A stretch of DNA of 33,000 nt, taken from the NCBI GenBank assembly GCA_976226885.1, contig OZ320316.1, positions 81,127,001 through 81,160,000 of the forward strand. The letters run 5' to 3'. How positions within the stretch are numbered: the stretch's first letter is position 1; each line of letters starts with the position of its first letter. Origin of the DNA: Iphione sp. A-MEVVRFRX5. Its lineage: Eukaryota. A program made the translations under genes and the position numbers. The notes under the pieces are model-generated. The model worked only from the letters and a program-made list of their open reading frames with translations. It had not been told where the DNA came from and did not search any database. Shown in pieces: positions 24,201 to 33,000 of the stretch.

Positions 24201-25942
24201 ATACACCTTCTCGTGTATCATTGATGATTATTGCCCCAAGTCTGTATTTATCGATTGTTCCATAGTACTTAGTTTACGTTAATAGTTATTGTTGGCAAAC
24301 ATCCTATGGTTTATAATCAGGGTGAAATTGGATTATGTCATAGCTTGTTTTGCTAGGTGGATAGGAGGTCAATAGCTGTCATCAAAATGTCAATTTTTAC
24401 CAAGAAGTGTGTGTGTGTCACAATGTTATGAAATATATTTTGCATAGATTTTGCTCCAGAAACATTTGTACTATCAGTGCACCTATATACACAATCGCCC
24501 GCACGTAATAGGCATGCAGGCAAAATGAATTTGAGTTTTTTCTTTAGTAGTAACTCGGTCTATACTAGGCCAAAAATGCATAGAGTACACCAAACAGACG
24601 TGCCAAAGCAGGGCACTCGTATAGGGTTGTAGTAAACGTTTCGGTTCCCATTACTCTGGATCTCTGAATGGGCAATGGCGGTAGTCTAACAATGTCTGCG
24701 CCCCATGGCAATGTTAGCTCACACAATGAGGCACCCTCGCGTTAACGTCGAGGTGACAGTCAGAGCAGTCGGTTGGATCATAATAGTTTAACAAGGTGAC
24801 ATGCCAGTTTTCTCGTTTTCCAGGACTAAGGCTTTGTGATAAATAAGGAATTAATAAGTATCATTGATTAAATTTGGATTTTCTTCAACAGCTTCCCTTT
24901 ATAAATGCAATACTTGAAGAGGCCATGTAATTATTATACTCCTGCATTTCATATACATGTAAATGTTTTTTTTTGGCAAACGTATATACATGTACTTATC
25001 GAGTGTTTCAGAGAGGTCAATGATCAGTCTGTTTCCCTCTCATTCTATAGTATTATTATTTGTGACGTCAGTGGTTTCATTGCCTAAGGGCAGAAAATTG
25101 CATGGTTGTATAAACGGGTGGCACTAATCCCCTCCCATCCATCCCTCCTCCCACGCCTCCTTTCTCTGCCGTAGCTGACTCTTGAAGTGCAGAGAGTGCC
25201 GATGAAGAGTGGTTTTCGTGGGAACAACAGGTGCAAGAATTCCTGAGGTCCCTCTGCTGGTAGCCCAGTAATACAATTCCCTCTGGAACGTCGCCAACCT
25301 TTTTATTCTTCTCGCCGTCTTCCTCAGGCAAAGGCTCGCTGTCTTCACATTGTACTACTTGTACTGACTGATTTATAGTGGCGACTATTGACGCACTTAT
25401 GACTGGAAAGCTCAGGTTTGGTCCGTGTATGTAAGCAGTGAACTAATTAATCTTTCCCCCCCCCGGAAATGGCTTCTCGTGCGTAATTTAAGTAAGTGTA
25501 GAGTCTGTGTAAGCGTCGTAAACACAGCGGTCAGAGATTTTTGCGAGCAACTATAGCCCTGCGATTTTCACCTAGAAGAAATGCATTTAATTCGGAATCA
25601 TTTCTCCTTTTGGAATTGAATCATTGATGTCTTTAAGGGCATGTAAAAGACAAAAACATTGACAGACACGATGGTGCTTTGAAAATATTGCGTTTGAATC
25701 GTGTTGTGATAGGAAAACCCATAGATTTTATGCATGTTGTTAATTGTTTTCATCTCGGTGCAGTGTGCTAGATGACAGTTTAAGCGAAGTGATAGGATAT
25801 GGTAGCATTATTTGAACCTTGAAAGATCGCCAGCGTGTTCTTGTTGAAAAGCAATACGTGGCCTTTGCAGAGACTGGTCACCGCTACGGCCGTGTCATAA
25901 GTACAGATCGTGACATCGCCTTGCAGTTTATTTACCATGATA

Positions 25943-26544
25943 GGGCTGCGTCTCCATGCACACGTTTTCATGGGTATGTCAGCATGTTTATGGCGTGCTT
26001 TTTAAAAACATGAATATATATGAGTGTTTCCATGTAAGTATGGGCTGTGTAGCATGTTTTCATGGGCATAGAGCATGTTATCAGAATGGGACATTCCATT
26101 TTTCATGGCATCATGGCCCTGTTTTCCTAAGAAGTATATGAAAAGTGATAGTGAAATGTCTATGTAGGTATGCTTCATGCAAAAAATAACATATTTCCAC
26201 ATACATCTGCATATTAATGCACATGTAATCATGAATTTTGCTGTTTTTTGACTGCATTTGCATGAATTTCGCCATTTTGCTGCTAAATTTGCATGAATTT
26301 TGCTGTTTTACGGCCGAATTTGCATTAATTTCATCATTTTTCGAAAGTTTTGCATGAATGTCACCATTTTTTACCATTTTTAGAATGAGTTTGCCTGAGA
26401 TTTGCCTTGTTTCATTCGAATTTTCCTGGTTTTTGGTTTATTTCTGGCAGCATAAAATATGGCGTGCATGGAAACACTCCTACCATGTTTAGTGTTTATA
26501 CAGTGGTTATCAGATTATCTTTCACAGTCATGGAAACATGGCCC
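25943..26544. mobile_element. PIF/Harbinger-like MITE, copy B, with internal 31-bp array
   Basis: Left end GGGCTGCGTCTCCATG; reverse complement of the right end GGGCCATGTTTCCATG. cat(g/t)aat units at 26230, 26261, 26292, 26323 and 26353. Target-site duplication not preserved. Confidence 0.55.
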
Positions 26545-26577
26545 ACGGTGACACACTTACATAGAAAACCAGCCTTA

Positions 26578-27193
26578 GGTTGAATTTCCTTAACTGCGTA
26601 GGCGTCCATGCTATTTTGGTGCATTGGTGTGCATTTTTATCAGGCTAGTGATATCTGTTTAAGGGTTTCTTTTGATTGCGTGTGCAGTGAGGTAGGTTGG
26701 GCTGTGTTGTGCATCCATTGTCATTAACAAACATGTCTGACAATTAAGTGCAAATGCATGGAAACAGATGGTATCTCCTCATTTTGACTCCCTTTTCTCA
26801 GTGAATTATGTACAATTGCATACATTTACTCACAAACCCCTCCATTGTCATACTTTTCCAGTGAAATTCATTGTTTTTAACGACTATTCCTGTCAAATTT
26901 GCCAGTTTCCATCCTTTCTCAGTGAAATTCACTAATTTTAGTTGCTAATCCCATCAACTTTGCCATTTTTCATCATTTTTCCAGGGAAATTCATCATTTT
27001 TAGCTGATATTCCCATCAAGTTTGCCAGGTGTCATATATTATCCAGTCGTTTTCACTGGTTTTCACGTGAGCGAAACAGACTGTTAAAAGATAATCCTGT
27101 GCATTAGGTTGCAGGAAAACGAAAATGCATGCCCACGGACAGGAAAGGCAAACTCAAGGGAATGCATGTAAACGCCAGTAAGGAAACCCGGCC
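26578..27193. mobile_element. PIF/Harbinger-like MITE, copy C, with internal ~61-bp array
   Basis: tta|GGTTGAATTTCCTTAAC at the left end and GTAAGGAAACCCGGCC|taa at the right. cag(t/g)gaa units at ~26799, 26858, 26920 and 26982. Shares subterminal tttggtgcattg and aaaatgcatg with copy A. Confidence 0.75.
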
Positions 27194-29074
27194 TAAGAGA
27201 AAAGATGTTTGATATGTGACAGATTGGTACACAGCCTTTTCCACGTAATACTTAAGAAGTAATAAAGGATGCACCAAGGTAGCTCGTCATCATATTCCTT
27301 TCCCCACCAGGACTTTATTACCATGAACCCATCGTCCACATATGATAGGTACTCACGATGCAGGGACAACAGGGATTTCTGAGAGAAACATTGATCACTT
27401 TAAGTAAGGTGTACAACTTACGCATATATGTAGATAGATATACCGAAATATACGAAACGTGAAATCAGAACATAATTACGGGTATTTGTCATTCATGTAT
27501 ATATATAAGGTAGATTTAGCACTGTAGTGCCAAGTAACATCGGCTGCTTCGTTTAAAATCTTTGTATACAAACTTTGCAAAACAACGCCAGAGTACAATG
27601 TTACCCGATTTTGCATAAGAATGATATGAGTGGGAAACTATGGTAGATTGTTATTGCATCCTATATATATTGAGTGTAGTGAACCCCCTTAAAACAAATC
27701 CAGGGAGTAGGGTAACACATGGGAAAGGGCATTGTGGTGGTTTCAACGGAGGCCCTCTATTTCAAGGTTAAAATTAGCTGAAGTCGAAGGGCAACTCATA
27801 GTCAGAGTAGGTCAAATTAGTCGCCGAAGCACATGTTTTAAGTTAAAATCATATATCTAGTGTAGTTTGAGCATGTATGTTACAGGCGCATGGCTAGAGT
27901 ATTAGGGATAGATTCCTTTGTTTCAAAAATGACATTATGTCTATACACAAGTTGGCTCTCTTTCACTAATGATTTGCCAAGTATTCTATTTTATTCACAT
28001 ACATGTTAATTTATGTAGCTATTTTATCTATGACATTACTTCTGTGGCTTCGGGAGATACTGGTCGCAGAAAATGTGATCAAATGTTTTTCTTGAGGTAG
28101 ATAAAATAATGTAGTAAGAGTACTTTCCTTTCACATCTTTAGAAATGCAATGCCACTTTTATTGAAAAGTTCAGATCTACTAAATCAAGCTAATTTCTTT
28201 CTATGTACGTTTTAGGTGAGTGATGTAATACTTAGCCATACGCTGCATCGTGATTTAGTACATTCTTTTCACTTTACATCTTAATCCTTTAACATGACTG
28301 GAAAGCTTTTATCCTGCCAAACGTTCTGAGGTTGGTGATTGATATGGATTTCTTTTGATAAAAAGTCTTCCTCTGAAAAATAGAGACATGGAAGTATCTG
28401 AAGTCTTTTTAAGTCGTTGTTAGCAGTCCTATTAAAGATGAATTTGTCGGCCATAATTGGACTAGTTATTGTTTCATAGTTGGCATTGGTTCACATTCTC
28501 GTTACTTCTCACATGACAGTTCATAAACTTCTTGGCCTGACGTGCTGTGCACGGCATGCTCAATGGAATCTTGAGAAAGGTTTTTCCTATTCCAGGGACT
28601 TAAGTTGCTATTACAAAGGTACAACATGCAGTTGCTCTTTTGGGAACGTTTTCTTAATCTCCTGTCTATACGGAGATAATTTCAGTGTAAATCATGGGCA
28701 CCGTCTTCCTAGGACTTAAGGAAACAGGTTAGGCAAAGTGGTTTAAGGAAGCATTGCGTGGCCGTAAGGGATACATTTTTGCTATTTAGCAGACAATCGT
28801 CCATTGTCTATAATCACCATATGGTAATAGTGTAATACCTACGTACACAGTTTGATTAATAGCAGTAGCAGCTCTTTGTCTTGTGAGGCTTGTTCATCAG
28901 TTGCTATTTCCATGTTCACAGGCTGCCCAGACCCAGACCCTGCGGCCTGTACAGCAGGTAGACCAAACCAGAGTATTTTAATAGGAATATACCCATATAC
29001 ACGGGCTACCTGAACCTGGACCTGGTGGCATGCGACCAGACCTTAGATGACCTACTTTGCATAACGTTTGCATA

Positions 29075-29162
29075 AATGACCCAAAATTTCCACTGATATG
29101 GCTCACTTTCAACAAAAAGACCCCGAATTTCCACCAATATAGCACTTTCATCAAAAGGACTC
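29075..29162. repeat. ~43-bp degenerate tandem duplication
   Basis: gaccc..aatttccac..atat..cactttca.caaaa.gac occurs twice. Confidence 0.65.
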
Positions 29163-30057
29163 TATTCTATTCTCTGTTACTAATTTTAAAGAATTGACAT
29201 ATGTTAAGATGTACTTTAACACCTTAAAACTGTGTGTATAGCATACATGGGGAAAGAGACCAACCACCTTTGGCAGGCGGGTGCGTACTTTCTGGGGTCC
29301 GCACCCTGAGGTGGGTTTTCAACCCATGTACATAGGGATACCGCCTTACACTTTTCATTTGTAAAGTCCACCCTAATGAGAAGAATAAGGTCCATTTAGT
29401 TGATTTTGTGCAGTTAACTATCTGTCGTCAGTTATTACATTTGCAATTCCAAGTCCTCATAAATGCACTAGAATCCCTCTTTTGTCTCTAACATGGTCCT
29501 CGTAAGGGAAGTTTGTGTGCTGAGATCAAAGAAAATAGCTCCGGGGTGACTGAAAATTGAAATTAAGTAAGAAGATCGCATGAATGGATAGACATGGACA
29601 GGAAATACCAGATGACAATTTGTCATTTTACGGGATCACTACAGCTTTATTTCAGGCAACTCAAAACATTATTGGCAAGGATATGGTCTGGCATCAGCAC
29701 AGATTAAATACACAGTTATTATACAGATATCGCTCAATATCAGTGCAGTAGCAATAGAAGTTAAGTAGCATATTTTATCTTTAGAAACGGGCCGCAATAA
29801 TTAAAAGTTTTAATATCAGAGCTGTTAAGATTCGGGAAACAATAATTTGGAATGGTTCATATATCTATGACAGACATGACCTCACTGCATAAGGGTAAAT
29901 ACTCACCAACCCTCCTGGCATCTAGATGGGAGATGTAGTAGAAAATGAATAAAGTTTGAACTAGAGCCTAAACTCTACTTAAAGGATTAGGCATATCCCA
30001 TTTTTACTGTGATCTCTTAATATTAACAGAATACTAGAGATGGATGCCTCCAGTTAA

Positions 30058-31285
30058 GGGTTGGTTTCCTTACCTGCATTGCCATCCATATGCATTGCCC
30101 ATCCGATCTCATCTGTTTATATCGATCATGTTGATTTTAATGGGGGGTGTCAAATGCATCCGTGTGCAGTGGTATCCATTGGTATCCGTTTGGTATCCAT
30201 TGACAATTAACAGTCCCTGACCGATAATTTAATGCACAGGGACCCAAATGAACAGTAGTATAGGGCAGATGGACTTTGATATAGGCACCTGACATCACAT
30301 GACCAGTACATTGCCGCACATTACCACACATTTCCGCACAAATTTGCCTTTTTCCACATTTCTCCATGAATGATGCCGTTTTTCTGCACTTTCTCCATGG
30401 AATTTGCTACAATCTCCATAAAGTAGCTGTTTTTTTGCACTTTCTCCATGAATTTTGCCATTTTTGTCCCCCGCCTCATAGAGGGGGGGAGGGACATTAG
30501 GAATGCTGCTGGCTGGTGTCCCGGCCATTCGTCACACTGTTGTGGGTCTTATAAGATACAAACCCTTCACTAAAAAGAACCGATTTTAATATATGATATT
30601 GGTATATATGGCTGCATGGCACTGGGTAATTTTGGTAGTAATTTAAGTATTTTGAAGGTGAAATTATGTCAAATTTACTCTTTTGCTAATATACCTACAA
30701 ACATACATACCCAGTGTAGAAGTTCTTAGGTCTGACAATACACATACATGCACACATACACACTCACCAATATGTCCCTTCTGCCAGTATCAGCTTGTAG
30801 CAGTCTGGTGTTCAGTAAGGCAGAACCAAGGCTGCTGTACAGCAGTCTGGTGCTCAGTGAGGCAGAACTGAGGGTGCTATGCTCTATCATGCAGAACCAA
30901 GAGTTGTAAACCTGAAGGACTAAGCCCAGCCAACCACCCCAAAACAAGGTGCCAATCAAGGTGGTTGTAAAGAAAGAGAGACACCACATACACACACATA
31001 CTCACTGTCTCTCTCCCCCTCTCTCCCTCTCTCCCTCCCTCTCTCTCTCTCTCTCCCTTCCCCCCTCTCTCTCTGGGCAGTTGATGGCAGGGGACAATAG
31101 GCCTCACAGGTCCACAATCTTGTTCATATATCTATCAAAGATCTATCATAGATTTCACATATTATAAACTCGCTGTCATTAGTCACCACTATCTGTGAAG
31201 CTGCGTTAAGGGAAAATGCATGTAAAATGCATACTTACGCACACAGATGGGAAACACAGGTGAACGCACCTCAAAGGAAACCGGG
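30058..31285. mobile_element. PIF/Harbinger-like MITE, copy D, split by a HINE insertion
   Basis: taa|GGGTTGGTTTCCTTACCTGC at the left end and AAGGAAACCGGG|taa at the right. The subterminal ctgtg..gctgc..aaaatgcatg resembles copies A and C. About 565 bp remains after removing the insertion. Confidence 0.65.
30461..31124 (+). mobile_element. Helentron-associated non-autonomous element (HINE/DINE-1-like), copy 2
   Basis: Starts in a T-run. 5' subTIR ttgtcccccgcc with an adjacent inverted repeat (gagggggggaggac); (CA)n/(CT)n microsatellite; 3' subTIR ggcaggggacaa, stem-loop ggcct-cac-aggtc and terminal cttgtt. No target-site duplication. Confidence 0.88.
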
Positions 31286-31381
31286 TAAAACGTTCCTTTT
31301 TTGTAGATACAAATAAAACTGTGTCTCATCTGAATCATATTAAACCGAACCCTTCCAACATAATGCCTAAATGTGCATATA

Positions 31382-31554
31382 CAGTCAGGACTCGATAACC
31401 GAATGATTGTAGTTTTATATAAATTTGTTCAACAGTTGAGATTATTCAGATTTTCAGTCCTATATCTATACTAATAAATGATGATTAGCAACTAGGAATC
31501 AACTCGGAAATTGAATTTTTTAATTTGGAGTATGCAGATATCGAATAAAGACTG
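31382..31554. mobile_element. Tc1/mariner (pogo-like) MITE
   Basis: TA|CAGTCAGGACTCGATAACCG at the left end; reverse complement of the right end TA|CAGTCTTTATTCGATATCTG. TA target-site duplication on both sides. Confidence 0.6.
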
Positions 31555-31660
31555 TAGTGAACATGTTCTTCCCATGTCCCTTTTCGTTATGGATGAAACA
31601 CAATCAGAATATATAGATCCTTTTCCAGGTATATTATTGTGATTACTTCCTTTCCATTTT

Positions 31661-32054
31661 TTAATTTACTTCTGTAACAAACAATGGGGTTATAATTTCA
31701 TTTGTTACTGTTATCTGATTATTTGCAGAGTTTGCCTTGCTGATTTTGCAGCTTAATGATCCATTTTTTAATAGAGAGCTGGCACGTACCCAAAGAGCTA
31801 ATCTATTGGTACTTTCTGCTATCTTGATATAATCTATCACGCTCGTTAGAAATTCCCGCCGATTGCGTACTGAAGTCAAGGTCCAAATTCGATCCTTTTT
31901 ATTGATGGGTATCTTCCTCAATGCATTTGTCATGCGTGATGTACATGTAGTAGGATTTATGTTAATCTGCTTAATCCGTCGGACTTTTTTTTTACTGTTT
32001 CCACTTTATATAGATGTCTATGCGTACATCATCTATAGCTTACAGGCGGGTAGC

Positions 32055-32101
<47 letters not shown>

Positions 32102-32400
32102 GGGGGGACAGAGAACAGAGAGAAGCTTTAGAGAAAAACAAAACAATCCACTTCAGATCAAAGTGGATATATGCAAATAAAGATTGATCTCTTTAAAATC
32201 CGTTTGGTCTTTTCCAATTTGAGAAATACTACCGATTTTATGCATGTAGTAGCAAAAGCAACCGATAATTTGTTGTTGTTCAATTTATTTGTACTCCTAC
32301 TTTTCAAAGTATCACTATCTAATACAATGTCTGTTACATATAGTGCTCCTGAATCATTTTGCTCGTATTCTTGCCGTTGGTCAGTACATATGTATATGGA
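31661..32400 (-). pseudogene. Possible highly decayed LINE AP-endonuclease fragment
   Basis: DIVLDSDT, IFICIYP, IWTLTS..TSVIDYIKI and a frameshifted MDH occur in the order of endonuclease motifs (DIxxLxET, xxxYxP, T..SxIDY, SDH). Weak. Confidence 0.3.
32056..32100. repeat. (GA)n microsatellite
   Basis: Uninterrupted AG run of about 45 nt. Confidence 0.98.
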
Positions 32401-33000
32401 GCTAAATTATCTCTGATTTTACGCAGAGATCTGGTCGAAATACAGTCTATTATCTAAGATTAAACGGCACTTCGAAAGGTATTTTGAATGTATAACATTC
32501 GTCATAGGTTGGATTGTTTAAAGAAGTATCATTTGTTGCAGCATTTATTTAGCACTCCTGAAGATTTCCTCCCGGTATGCGCAATTTATCTTCTCAAGAT
32601 TGCATGCAGGTACTCTCGTTAACCTGTTCCTCTATTATGATAATATCTTATACATATACATTATTTCCACTAGTTGGATGTTTGGCAAAGATGACGGATC
32701 TCCCGACACCAACATTCTTCTTACCACGTAATCTTTGTATTCTTTGATCCCAGCCTAGGCCATCTTTCTCCGCTAAAAAAGTATGATCATTATGTGTATA
32801 GCATGCAAAATTATCATTGAAACTTGGCTGATGTGGCGGGTCTGCCTCTTTCTACGTCCATGTGCGACTTATTACAAGGGTTGTCGTAAGTTTTTAGCGT
32901 ATCTGGCTGGCCTAAGAGTTCAACGCATGTTTTTGCTCATTATCCATGTCCTCTAGCCTGACTATCTGTCTAAGGTTAGGTAAAGGTTTCTTTACATCTT

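Noticed and set aside
25077-25971. Short ORFs with exon-like composition
   Set aside because: No convincing pair of splice sites and no recognisable product.

Overview
Eukaryotic, AT-rich, transposon-dense DNA, probably from a marine invertebrate (inferred from the repeat families; the species cannot be determined). I found no intact host gene, RNA gene or CRISPR array. The centrepiece is a near full-length but decayed CR1/L2-type LINE on the minus strand (~11065-16350). Its ORF1 reads coiled coil, then RRM (L1/Transposase_22-like), a linker, and a complete NADAR (YbiA-like) domain. NADAR is an unexpected ORF1 accessory domain and the best candidate here for an undescribed system. Other elements are: a decayed DIRS/Ngaro-type retrotransposon with an apparent YR-gag-RT order (1-2640); a Penelope-like 3' fragment with a minimal hammerhead ribozyme; two inverted copies of a Helentron-associated (HINE/DINE-1-like) element, each nested in another transposon; four PIF/Harbinger-like MITEs carrying internal arrays; Tc1/mariner-pogo MITE pieces; several tandem repeats; and a few candidate minus-strand micro-exons. 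All protein assignments come from manual translation across stops and frameshifts and from motif recognition, not from database searches.
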